A DNA stretch of 39,910 bases from a virus (taxonomy: Duplodnaviria > Caudoviricetes), in the IMG/VR virus record IMGVR_UViG_3300037461_000170, positions 1-39,910 of that record, one strand, 5' to 3'. The position numbers and the translations under genes were made by a program. Positions 18,740-27,018 of this stretch are shown here, piece after piece (position 1 is the stretch's first letter; the number at the start of each line of letters is the position of its first letter). Under the pieces are notes generated by a model. It was not told the origin of the DNA and made no database searches. It was given only the letters and a program-made list of their open reading frames with translations.

Positions 18740-19245
18740 TCTCTGACGAGTTGGTTGATTTCGTCGCAGCCTGGGAAGGGTTCAAGGCATCGCCCTCGCG
18801 CGATCCGTTGGTGCCCGGCGTGTGGGACGTGGGACACGGATTTGTGCTCACGCAAGCGGACCGGGACCATCCCATCCTCGGCAGGTTCTTTCACCCGGAC
18901 GGGCGCATCAACGAGTACGCGACCCTGACGCGGGACGAGGCGCGGACGGTGCTACAGGACGAGCTAGAGGACTACGCGCAGGAGGTTGCTGATGCTGCTG
19001 ATCCGTTCATCCTTTCGCAGAACGAGCTGGATGCCTGTACGAGTCTGGCGTACAACGTCGGCGTCCGCGCGTTCCGCGAGTCTTCGCTGGCGCGGCGGCT
19101 GCGCGAAGGGAACCCGTATGCGGCGTTTGAAGATGAGATGCCGAGGTGGCATCGCGCGGGTGGACGGGTGGTTCCTGGCCTACTGAAGCGGCGGCGCGCA
19201 GAGCAGCGCATTGCGATGGATGCCGAGTACGGAGGCCGACCGTGA
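18736..19245 (+). CDS. Endolysin, GH24 lysozyme
   Basis: WEGF...RD...GVWDVGHG, NELDACTSLAYNVG and GLLKRRRAE motifs. Confidence 0.92.
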   Translation: MISDELVDFVAAWEGFKASPSRDPLVPGVWDVGHGFVLTQADRDHPILGRFFHPDGRINEYATLTRDEARTVLQDELEDYAQEVADAADPFILSQNELDACTSLAYNVGVRAFRESSLARRLREGNPYAAFEDEMPRWHRAGGRVVPGLLKRRRAEQRIAMDAEYGGRP

Positions 19246-19544
19246 AGATCGCTAAGGACATTCTCACCGATTACGATAACGAGACCTACGATACCGGGCG
19301 CGTGCTCGCGGTGCTCGTGGTCCTGTCGATGACCGGGATGCAGGCGTGGGCGGTGTACAAGGGCGGCACGTTCGATGCCGGCGCCTACGGTGCGGGCGTG
19401 GCTGCGGTCATCGGTGCGCTCGGGATAGCCATTTTCGGAGACAACGCGAAGCGGGATGTAGCGGCTAAAGGGCTGGGGACGGCGAACAAGGCGAACGAGG
19501 CGAGCGAGGCGAAGGAAGCGGCAAAGGACGCGGAGGACAAATGA
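19242..19544 (+). CDS. Holin (2 TM, charged C-terminus)
   Basis: GGAGG RBS with GTG start; two hydrophobic helices; highly charged tail. Confidence 0.6.
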   Translation: MKIAKDILTDYDNETYDTGRVLAVLVVLSMTGMQAWAVYKGGTFDAGAYGAGVAAVIGALGIAIFGDNAKRDVAAKGLGTANKANEASEAKEAAKDAEDK

Positions 19545-20644
19545 ACATTGCCGACATCCTTGGCTACATCGACTCGCTGAAGCGCCAGTACGGCGGCACG
19601 CTATCCGACATCGCCGCCAACCCGAAGCAAGGGCTGCTTGGCGTGGGCGACAAGCTCAACCAAGGCGCGCGCGAGTGGAACCGCGACATGACACAGCAGA
19701 TGGGCGGCCTGCTGTCGGTGCGCCCCGAGGTGCAGGAACAGAGCATGGAAGGGCTGCTCGGTACGTTGCCGATGCCGGGCGGGATCAACGCTATCCGCGC
19801 GTTTCATGGTAGCCCGCACAAGTTCGACAAGTTCGACCTATCGAAGATGGGCACGGGTGAGGGTGCGCAGGCGTATGGATGGGGCGGATATGTGGCCGAG
19901 TCGCCGGGAGTAGCGATGGATTACAAGTTGCGTTTGTCTCAAGGGAAACCAGCCACAATCGAGGGGGGGAAAGTTCGCGCCGAAGTTCCGGCATGGCTTG
20001 CGAACAAGATTGATGATAATGGCATTGATTGGGCCGTAAACGAATGGACAAAGCGAGTTGATGAAACAAAAGCCGGCATTGCTAAATCAATGCAACCGTG
20101 GCTAGAAGAAGAAAAACTAGCAGGACTTGAAAACACATTGACGGCTTTGCGTGCTGTAAAAGCGGCCGGAGTTCGCAACATTGAACGGCCAGGCAACCTC
20201 TACGAACTCGACCTCCGCTGGCCTGACGCTGCGCGGGAGGCGGCCGACCCGATGGGGCCGCAGCACTTCCTGGACTGGGATAAGCCGCTGAGTCAGCAGG
20301 GTGCGGGGGTACGCGAATCGGTAGCAAAGTTTTTGCCGCCCGCACAAAAAGGTGTCGATCCGAAGTGGGGCGATCTTGGTGGACCGTTCGATCCGTCACA
20401 GGAATATACGGGACAGCAGGTGCTTTCGATGCTGCGGCCAGAGGGCGCGACCGCAAGCAATATTATCGGCGGCGGTGGGCGTGAAACGGCAGAAAAGTTA
20501 CGCAACGCAGGCATCCCCGGCATTCGCTACCTCGACGCGGGCAGTCGCGGCGCAGGCGAGGGCACCGCCAACTATGTCGTGTTCGATGACGCGATCATCG
20601 AACTGCTCAAGCGCAACGGTATCGACATCCCGAAGGGGAAATAA
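19541..20644 (+). CDS. ADP-ribosyltransferase-like protein (ART domain of phage polyvalent proteins)
   Basis: AFHGSPHKFDKFD...GTGEGAQAYGWGGYVAE, GNLYELDL and GIPGIRYLD...NYVVFDD motifs. Confidence 0.7.
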   Translation: MNIADILGYIDSLKRQYGGTLSDIAANPKQGLLGVGDKLNQGAREWNRDMTQQMGGLLSVRPEVQEQSMEGLLGTLPMPGGINAIRAFHGSPHKFDKFDLSKMGTGEGAQAYGWGGYVAESPGVAMDYKLRLSQGKPATIEGGKVRAEVPAWLANKIDDNGIDWAVNEWTKRVDETKAGIAKSMQPWLEEEKLAGLENTLTALRAVKAAGVRNIERPGNLYELDLRWPDAAREAADPMGPQHFLDWDKPLSQQGAGVRESVAKFLPPAQKGVDPKWGDLGGPFDPSQEYTGQQVLSMLRPEGATASNIIGGGGRETAEKLRNAGIPGIRYLDAGSRGAGEGTANYVVFDDAIIELLKRNGIDIPKGK

Positions 20645-21252
20645 TGAACCAGCGCGGCTTTGTGATTCCGGGCCTCATGGCAATGTTGCCGTGGATTATC
20701 GGAGGGATTGCTGCGGCAGCGTTAGCGGGATGGTTGTGGTGGAAGATTGACAACCACTGTAACCGGGCCTGTCGGAATCAACAGGACATTGCCCAAGCCG
20801 CAATCTTGCGTGTTGGTGACTTGGAGCAGGCTATTGCCGAAGCACAGAAACGTGCGACGGATCTTGCGCTTCTATGGTCGGAGGCTATCCAGCATGAGAA
20901 AGTCCGATTTGTCGAAACCATCAAGTGGCAAACCCGCGTATTCACGCAGTACCGTGAGCGCACGACGAGCGTGGGCGCTAGCGGCAGCATTCGCCTGTCT
21001 GACGACGCTCGTGTCCTGCTCGGGGACGCTGCCCGTAGTAGCGGGCAAGGCGGCGCAAGTGCCGCCCCTGCCGCCGGAGATCGCAGCCCCGATGCGCCCG
21101 CTCCCGCTCCCTCCGGGGGCGAGGTAGACACAACGGCGCAGGAGTGGGTGGCGTGGTCGGTGGCGGTCGCGGAGTGGGCGAGCGAGGCGCGGGCCAAGCA
21201 CCAGTTCTGCGTCGAGGCGTACGGCAAGATACGGGAGGCATCCAATGAGTGA
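20644..21252 (+). CDS. Rz: i-spanin (Rz-like)
   Basis: N-terminal TM, coiled coil, C-terminal Cys; contains an embedded lipoprotein gene. Confidence 0.7.
   Translation: MNQRGFVIPGLMAMLPWIIGGIAAAALAGWLWWKIDNHCNRACRNQQDIAQAAILRVGDLEQAIAEAQKRATDLALLWSEAIQHEKVRFVETIKWQTRVFTQYRERTTSVGASGSIRLSDDARVLLGDAARSSGQGGASAAPAAGDRSPDAPAPAPSGGEVDTTAQEWVAWSVAVAEWASEARAKHQFCVEAYGKIREASNE
20954..21127 (+). CDS. Rz1: Embedded o-spanin lipoprotein (Rz1-like)
   Basis: +1 frame inside Rz; signal SARRAWALAAAFACLTT, lipobox LVS-C, Pro-rich mature part (VPPLPPEIAAPMRPLPLPP). Confidence 0.75.
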   Translation: MSARRAWALAAAFACLTTLVSCSGTLPVVAGKAAQVPPLPPEIAAPMRPLPLPPGAR

Positions 21253-21598
21253 CGACATCCTGCGGCGGTTGGAACGTATCGAGGCGGGCATCGCCGTCCT
21301 CGCGGAACTGATCCACGGCATGGCGCCGGTCAAGGTGCAGGAACCCGGCGGGGCTGATTCGCTGCCGGACCCGGTGCCGGGGGAAGGCATCGCCAGCTAT
21401 GCCATGCGCTGCGGCCAGTTCGTGGGCGGCGAGAAGGGCGCGCAGGCAGTGAGAGGTGCGGGCGGGCTGTTCGGCGGCATGGGGCAGCATCTCGTCAACA
21501 AGCACGGCGGCAAGTGGAAGCCGGCGATATGGGAGTTTATCCACGGCGACCCGGCCTACGTTCCCGACCCGGCGTGGGGCTCATACCAGATTAGGTAG
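21245..21598 (+). CDS. Hypothetical protein (last late gene)
   Basis: GGAGG RBS; 117-aa ORF overlapping the Rz stop. Confidence 0.55.
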   Translation: MSDDILRRLERIEAGIAVLAELIHGMAPVKVQEPGGADSLPDPVPGEGIASYAMRCGQFVGGEKGAQAVRGAGGLFGGMGQHLVNKHGGKWKPAIWEFIHGDPAYVPDPAWGSYQIR

Positions 21599-21821
21599 CG
21601 GAAAGCGCGCGGATCGCGGCGGCGCAGTCCATCATCGCCGGATAGCTCTTGTTGTAAATCTCTATCGGGCCGCGCCGCTCATCGCACACCTTCGCGCATT
21701 CCTCGATAGCCTCCCGCCGCGCCTCGCGGGCGACACTGCGGGCGAAGGTCGTGAGCGTCACCCCGACCGGATCGTTGCAGGCAGCGGCCCATAACCGGTA
21801 GATCCGTTCCTCGCTAATCAT
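21591..21821 (-). CDS. Mosaic mini-gene (MISEER...EECAKVCD...CAAAIRAL)
   Basis: ATGA-coupled; shares modules with 22975..23391 and 23388..23675. Confidence 0.6.
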   Translation of the reverse strand: MISEERIYRLWAAACNDPVGVTLTTFARSVAREARREAIEECAKVCDERRGPIEIYNKSYPAMMDCAAAIRALSAT

Positions 21822-22099
21822 TTCCCCTCCCCCGCGAGCGCGGCGTCGATGCGCTTGAACGCCTCATCCCACCACCACGCTCCAAACTCGGCGGGCTGTT
21901 CCTTGCGTAACTCATGCAATGAGGCGACCCACTCAGCGACCACCTCAAGGCGCACCTGCGCTGCGGCAAGTTCCGCCCGCGCCGCCGCGAGGTCGGCCTG
22001 TAGCTTGTCGCGTTCGGCGACGGTTTGCTCAAACAGTTCACGCGCATCGTTGATCTGCCGCGTCAACTCCACGATCTTGCGGTCAGGTATGTAGCTCAT
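21818..22099 (-). CDS. Mosaic mini-gene, coiled coil, ends RIDAAL
   Basis: ATGA coupling; shared C-terminal module. Confidence 0.6.
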   Translation of the reverse strand: MSYIPDRKIVELTRQINDARELFEQTVAERDKLQADLAAARAELAAAQVRLEVVAEWVASLHELRKEQPAEFGAWWWDEAFKRIDAALAGEGK

Positions 22100-22368
22100 G
22101 TCGCATCCTTCCCGGTCAGCGCGGCGTCGATGCGGGCCATATAGTTATCGTCGCGGTACAGTGGCAAAACGTAGCGCGTTTCGCGCTCCCGCGCCTCCCG
22201 CAGCAGCGCCTCTGCTGACTCAACCCGACGACGTAGCGAACCCCAATCATCGTTGCGCATGGACTCGATACGCGCCTCCGCTTCGGCGAGCCGGGCGGCG
22301 AGGGCTTGATACCCTGCGCACGGATCGGCACCGTCGGGCATCATGCAATCGGGCAGAATTTGTGTCAT
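22096..22368 (-). CDS. Mosaic mini-gene (MTQILPDCMMPDGADPC...RIDAAL)
   Basis: ATG at 22368 overlaps the upstream stop; shared modules. Confidence 0.6.
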   Translation of the reverse strand: MTQILPDCMMPDGADPCAGYQALAARLAEAEARIESMRNDDWGSLRRRVESAEALLREARERETRYVLPLYRDDNYMARIDAALTGKDAT

Positions 22369-22691
22369 GTCGATTGCCCCTCTCCACGTTCGAGCGCCAA
22401 CGATGCATCTACGATTTCCGTGCTGCGCTCCAACGCCTGATCGAACTCGTGCCAATAGTCGAGCATCGCGCCGCGTCCCATGCCGTCGTCGAATGAATAT
22501 TCCTCGGCTTCTGCGTCGAGTCGGTTGCAAGCCGCGATCAAGACGCGGTGAGCGCCAATCTCTGTCATGGCGGCGCTATACCGGCGAGCATCCATGATGG
22601 CGTCACGAAGCATCTGCGCCAACTCGCCGTGTCCGTCCATCGCTAGACGGTGAGCGTGCTTCATCAGTTGGCGAAAGGCGTCATCTGTCAT
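22365..22691 (-). CDS. Hypothetical early protein
   Basis: AAGGAG RBS; ATGA coupling. Confidence 0.55.
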   Translation of the reverse strand: MTDDAFRQLMKHAHRLAMDGHGELAQMLRDAIMDARRYSAAMTEIGAHRVLIAACNRLDAEAEEYSFDDGMGRGAMLDYWHEFDQALERSTEIVDASLALERGEGQST

Positions 22692-22978
22692 GTCTTCTCC
22701 TTCGTGAGCGCGGCGTCTACTCGGTCTTCAAGCCATCCTTCGGGCGCGTCATAGCACCACGACGTTTCCGGCTCAATGTGTCCGCGCGCCTCCCGCAGCA
22801 GCGCCCGCAGCGCATCCCGCTCGGCCTCCAACTCGCGCACGCGGGCGGCGAGCCGCTCGACATCATCAATGCTCGGCACATAACGGTGTTCACACTGATG
22901 CCCCGCAGGCTCGACGCAAAAGTATTTCACGTTACCAACGGAGCGCGGTTCCATACATTGCCCGATGCGTTTACTCAT
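22688..22978 (-). CDS. Mosaic mini-gene (Cys/His N-terminus, ends RVDAAL)
   Basis: GGAG RBS; ATGA coupling; shared modules. Confidence 0.6.
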   Translation of the reverse strand: MSKRIGQCMEPRSVGNVKYFCVEPAGHQCEHRYVPSIDDVERLAARVRELEAERDALRALLREARGHIEPETSWCYDAPEGWLEDRVDAALTKEKT

Positions 22979-23391
22979 GGCGTCTCCTCCAGCGCGCGTA
23001 TCGCATCGGCGCAGTGCCGCGTTGCCATGTTGTATTCCTCATCCCCCATTCCGGCGTTTTCAACCGCCTCCGCTTCGCACACCTTTGCGCACCGCTCACG
23101 TTCGTTGCGTAGCGCAGCCCGCAGCCGCTCGTTCTCGGCGCGCAGCGCATCCCGCTCGGCCTCCGCGCGCTCGGCGCGTTCGTGCCAATGAAAGATTGCT
23201 TCGCTACCATCGCGCGCCTCATCAACTGTCAATCGCTCGGCAAGCTCGGCCTCCAATTCGCGGATCGCGGCGGATAGCTTGTAGATCAGGCACAGGTCAT
23301 GGTCTGTCTCGCATCCGACCCAATGTGTTGCCACGCGCTCGTCGTCAGCAAGGCGCTTGTTTGCAAGCGCGATCAGGTCGTCGTGGGTCAT
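22975..23391 (-). CDS. Ead/Ea22-like mosaic early protein
   Basis: ERAERAEAERDALR coiled coil; ERERCAKVCE...CADAIRAL module. Confidence 0.6.
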   Translation of the reverse strand: MTHDDLIALANKRLADDERVATHWVGCETDHDLCLIYKLSAAIRELEAELAERLTVDEARDGSEAIFHWHERAERAEAERDALRAENERLRAALRNERERCAKVCEAEAVENAGMGDEEYNMATRHCADAIRALEETP

Positions 23392-23675
23392 GGCGTCTCC
23401 TTCAGCGCGGCGTCGATGCGGTCGCAAACGTCCCGGCACGCCGCTACATCCTCATGGCTTGCGCCATAGCCGACCTTGATCCAGTCCTCGCGCGCTTCCC
23501 GCAGCAGCGCCTCCGCTTCGGCGAGCCGGGCGGCGAGGGCTGCCGTGGCCTCGCCCTCGACGGCGCGGGCAAGTGTCCGCTCATCGCGCCACGCACCCCA
23601 ATACCGCGCGACGGATTCCGGTGTTAGCCCCCATGTGTCCGCGATCAATGCTTGCAGCCGTTCCTCGCTAATCAT
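23388..23675 (-). CDS. Mosaic mini-gene (MISEERL...RIDAALKETP)
   Basis: AAGGAG RBS; ATGA coupling. Confidence 0.6.
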   Translation of the reverse strand: MISEERLQALIADTWGLTPESVARYWGAWRDERTLARAVEGEATAALAARLAEAEALLREAREDWIKVGYGASHEDVAACRDVCDRIDAALKETP

Positions 23676-23902
23676 GGCGACTCCTTCAGCGCGGCGTCGA
23701 GCCCTGCTAACCACGCTTGGCATCCTGCGCACTTGCACGGTTCGCCTTCCTTCCATGTGTCGGTGCCGCATAGATTCTTGGTCACATGACAGCGCAGCAG
23801 CGCCCGCAGCCGTTCGATCTCCGCAGCGCCCTCGTCGAGCGCGTCGATCGCCGCGCCCAAGGTCGCCGCACTGCGCATCCTTGACAGTAGATCGGTTGGC
23901 AT
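23672..23902 (-). CDS. Mosaic mini-gene with Cys cluster (ends LDAALKESP)
   Basis: GAAEIERLRALL module; CGTDTW...PCKCAGC. Confidence 0.55.
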   Translation of the reverse strand: MPTDLLSRMRSAATLGAAIDALDEGAAEIERLRALLRCHVTKNLCGTDTWKEGEPCKCAGCQAWLAGLDAALKESP

Positions 23903-23905
23903 GAA

Positions 23906-24153
<248 letters not shown>

Positions 24154-24169
<16 letters not shown>

Positions 24170-24414
24170 TTCGCCTCGATCACGCTGATAACCGCACGCA
24201 TCGGGGCGCGCACCGTACCGACCGGATCAAGCTCCGTGGTTTTGGTCGGTCCGGTGACAAGCTCGCCAAGTCCTTTTGTGGTTCCCCATCGCCGGATGTT
24301 CTTCGCGTTGCGGATCACGCACCACTGTTCATCGCACTCGACATCCCCGACGTACACAAAACCACGGTCAAGCACGACGATGGCAAAACCTTTTAGTACC
24401 GTTTTTGTTTCCAT
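24154..24414 (-). CDS. Small beta protein, DUF6948-like
   Basis: VVLDRGFVYVG...NAKNIRRWGTTKGLGEL...GP; to my recollection this family often precedes GYG-repeat genes in phages. Confidence 0.6.
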
Positions 24415-24475
24415 GATTCCTCACGTTACGGATAGATTTACGTCGCCGCCGAGCGCATGCGGGTTAGGAGGTCGC

Positions 24476-24664
24476 TCATGCCGCCACCTCGTACCGATAG
24501 CTGCGCCGCGCACCCTTGCGCACCAGTTGCCCGCGCTCGGTCATCGTGCGCAGCAGCCGGCACGCCTCGTCCAGCCGTATGCCGAGCCGGAATGCAGCGT
24601 CGGCGCTGCTAATCGCGCCCTTGCGGGCGATCTTCAGGATGTCCTTCTCTCGTTCAGTCATCAT
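24476..24664 (-). CDS. Small winged-helix DNA-binding protein
   Basis: ISSADAAFRLGI...ACRLLRTMTERGQLVRKG...YRY wHTH pattern. Confidence 0.6.
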   Translation of the reverse strand: MMTEREKDILKIARKGAISSADAAFRLGIRLDEACRLLRTMTERGQLVRKGARRSYRYEVAA

Positions 24665-24962
24665 CGCCTTCCAGGTACACGCCGCGTTCTGCGCAGTCAG
24701 CCATGACCGCATCCAAGTAGCGGCCGAATTCGTCAACGTCTAGCGTTGACGTACTGTGTGGGATTGCCAGCGTCTTGCCATTCGGCAGCGCAACGTCATC
24801 GCAGCCGAGGAACTTGCTCGCGTAGTAGCGATGGAAGCCCTCGGCGGAGAATCGCTGCCCGTTCCATTCCCGTTCTGCCATGCGGTGCAGCAACGCCCAG
24901 TAGAGCGCGTTGCTATGCGTGCTGCGCTTGTAGCGACGCCGGCAGGTCGGGCAGCGGTCCAT
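24654..24962 (-). CDS. ninB: NinB/Orf-family recombination accessory protein
   Basis: RSTHSNALYWALL and STSTLDVDEFGRYLDAV...AERGV motifs. Confidence 0.7.
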   Translation of the reverse strand: MDRCPTCRRRYKRSTHSNALYWALLHRMAEREWNGQRFSAEGFHRYYASKFLGCDDVALPNGKTLAIPHSTSTLDVDEFGRYLDAVMADCAERGVYLEGDDD

Positions 24963-24963
24963 G

Positions 24964-25260
24964 TCACCAGAAGTCGCCGCGTGCGTGGTCTCGCGGGGCG
25001 AAGGGGATGTCGCTATCGTCAAACGCAGGCGGCGGCTTCGCGGCAGGCTTCGCGGCCGGCTCCGTCTTGTCCTCCTTCTCCTTTGGTTCGGCCAGCGTGA
25101 TCCAACCATCGAACACGGTCGGCAGGGCTTCCAGCTTCAGCGTCAGGCCGCCGCTCTTGGTGGTCATGACCACGCCGCACTTTACCCATCGCTTCTTTTC
25201 CTGCCCATCGGCGCCGGTGTACGTGCCGGTCGTTGCGATTGCTTCGTATACGATTGCCAT
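24964..25260 (-). CDS. Phage single-stranded DNA-binding protein-like
   Basis: GTYTGADGQEKKRWVKCG...LKLEALP, acidic FDDSDIPF motif; adjacent to the Sak gene. Confidence 0.65.
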   Translation of the reverse strand: MAIVYEAIATTGTYTGADGQEKKRWVKCGVVMTTKSGGLTLKLEALPTVFDGWITLAEPKEKEDKTEPAAKPAAKPPPAFDDSDIPFAPRDHARGDFW

Positions 25261-25892
25261 CACTTCTCCTTGGCTACACGTTTGAGGGTGGTTCGCACCG
25301 AGGCGGGCAACTGGCTCCAAATGGCGAGACGATCGTCGGCCTCGGGGCACTTGTCCGCGATGAACTCAAGCGCCTGCTCGGGCTTGTTGTCCTCTACGAA
25401 CGCGATGACTTCGAGCGCCCACTCGCGCACGGCCTGCTGCGCCTCTGCGGGCAGGGCGTCAAACTCGTCCTGCGCAACCTGCCTGCCACTGATGGGGCGC
25501 GGCGGCTCCGGCTTCTCCTCGTCCGGTGCGCGCGGTACGTCCTCTCCGGCGTAGATGTAGAGGCCGAGCCCGTGCAGGGCGATAGCCTTCACCAGACACC
25601 GCTGCATTGCGGTATTGATCGCAAACGCATCGGGATTTGGGATCGGCTTGTTCCTGTGATCCATGACCGGCAGGAAGGCGCGGCGTTGCTTGCCGAACGC
25701 TTGCACGACGCACGTCACCATCTGCGTCTCGTGGCCGCAGGCGATGGAATCCCCGTACTCCCACGAGGCGTCGGGATCGAGGCGCAGCAGTTGATCGACT
25801 GCCCAGGCCCAACTTAAATAGGTGAGCCCGTTCTTCTTCTCGACGTACTGGCTAACGTCGATGGAGGCAAGTTCCACAAAGCGGTTTGTCAT
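25260..25892 (-). CDS. Sak/Rad52-like single-strand annealing protein (DUF1071)
   Basis: EKKNGLTYLSWAWA, LPVMDHRNK and INTAMQRCLVKAIALHGLGLYIYAGED motifs. Confidence 0.88.
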   Translation of the reverse strand: MTNRFVELASIDVSQYVEKKNGLTYLSWAWAVDQLLRLDPDASWEYGDSIACGHETQMVTCVVQAFGKQRRAFLPVMDHRNKPIPNPDAFAINTAMQRCLVKAIALHGLGLYIYAGEDVPRAPDEEKPEPPRPISGRQVAQDEFDALPAEAQQAVREWALEVIAFVEDNKPEQALEFIADKCPEADDRLAIWSQLPASVRTTLKRVAKEK

Positions 25893-26176
25893 TTGCTTTC
25901 TCCTGCACGTTCCCGCACTCGTGCAGCAACCTCTTCGTACCAGTCACGGGCCTCAGCATCCATATAGACAAGCTCCTCCCCTTCGCAATCCGACTGAGGA
26001 TATTTGCCAAACCGATACGATCCTCCGTCAATATCAATTGCATCTAGCGAATACAGGTAGGGCGAACCACAACAGCCGCAGCCGCCGATAGCGATACGAT
26101 GCTTTATGGCGAGTGATTCCAAATCACGCAGGAACAGTGCCAGCGCATCGCTAGTCGGCCGTTCTGTCTTGCTCAT
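25889..26176 (-). CDS. Hypothetical protein with GGCGCCGSP motif
   Basis: ATGA-coupled; 95 aa. Confidence 0.55.
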   Translation of the reverse strand: MSKTERPTSDALALFLRDLESLAIKHRIAIGGCGCCGSPYLYSLDAIDIDGGSYRFGKYPQSDCEGEELVYMDAEARDWYEEVAARVRERAGESK

Positions 26177-26352
26177 CGCAGCGCCCCCGCGACGATCAGC
26201 GCGATCACCAGCAGGCACGCGATCACTACGATGCGGTCGGCCCAGCGGTCGGCGTGCGTCTCGCGCGGTTCGTCGGGATACCAGCCGGGGTAGGTACGCC
26301 GGAAGGTGTAGTGGTCTGGATTCAAGTCCGTGACGGGGCGGAAGTCGCTCAT
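26173..26352 (-). CDS. 59-aa membrane protein (not in ORF track)
   Basis: MSDFRPVTDLNPDHYTFRRTYPGWYPDEPRETHADRWADRIVVIACLLVIALIVAGALR; GAGGGG RBS; fills the gap between its neighbours. Confidence 0.6.
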   Translation of the reverse strand: MSDFRPVTDLNPDHYTFRRTYPGWYPDEPRETHADRWADRIVVIACLLVIALIVAGALR

Positions 26353-26353
26353 A

Positions 26354-26749
26354 TCACCCCCTCAGCGCCGCGTTGTACGCATCCACGTTGCGATCGTCGG
26401 CCAGATCCCTGGCACGCTCGGCCTCGTCGGATATCGCGTTGTTCACCGCATCGGCGGCCTCGGCGGCGTACAGGCCGTGGGCGCTGGCGTGCTCGACGTA
26501 GGCGTCGCGGAGCAGGTAAGTGGATCGGTATAGGCCCGCGATAAGCCACGAATCGTTCTTGCCGTCAGCGAACCACCGGACAGCCGCCCACATAACGCCC
26601 TTCGCCGCTTTCTCCGCTGCATCCCCCCACTCGCCCACGAACGCATCCCTGACCCACTGCTCAATCTCGGGCAAGTAGCGATCGAATGCCTCGGACGCCA
26701 GTTCGTCGGCTTCGTGCTGCTCCTGATCTTTCCTGTCCATCGTTCTCAT
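26354..26749 (-). CDS. First gene of the leftward early operon, hypothetical
   Basis: GGAGGG RBS upstream of ATG 26749; acidic helical protein. Confidence 0.6.
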   Translation of the reverse strand: MRTMDRKDQEQHEADELASEAFDRYLPEIEQWVRDAFVGEWGDAAEKAAKGVMWAAVRWFADGKNDSWLIAGLYRSTYLLRDAYVEHASAHGLYAAEAADAVNNAISDEAERARDLADDRNVDAYNAALRG

Positions 26750-26761
26750 AGTGCCCTCCGT

Positions 26762-26829
26762 CAATATGTCGCCAATATAGCGCCAATAGTGGAGGATGCC
26801 AATTCACTCTTAGTTATCGGGCGATAACT
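26762..26829. promoter_or_regulatory. Operator-like sites in the divergent control region
   Basis: CAATA at 26762, 26773 and 26784 (11-bp period); palindrome AGTTATCG-gg-CGATAACT at 26812-26829. Confidence 0.55.
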
Positions 26830-26882
26830 TTTGGTATGTGGTAATCGACAGTAGGTGGGGGTAGTATTCCAATGCAATGTCT

Positions 26883-26976
26883 GTGTAGAGCCATTGCCGA
26901 GAGTCCATAAGTCTGGGTCGCCCCCGCGAGGGGGTCTGCGCTACACCGCAGCCCAGACTCCTGGGCTCTTTTTTTT
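26883..26976 (+). ncRNA. Structured cis-regulatory RNA leader (three-way junction alternative to a terminator)
   Basis: AGTCTGGG(26910-17) pairs with CCCAGACT(26952-59) and encloses two hairpins, CCCCC-GCGA-GGGGG and CTGCG-CTACAC-CGCAG. Confidence 0.55.
26950..26976 (+). terminator. Rho-independent terminator (attenuator) upstream of the replication gene
   Basis: AGCCCAG-actc-CTGGGCT followed by C and T8. Confidence 0.8.
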
Positions 26977-27018
26977 CGTCCGTTGTACGCGACAACAACA
27001 AGAACGTAGGGGAGTCAG

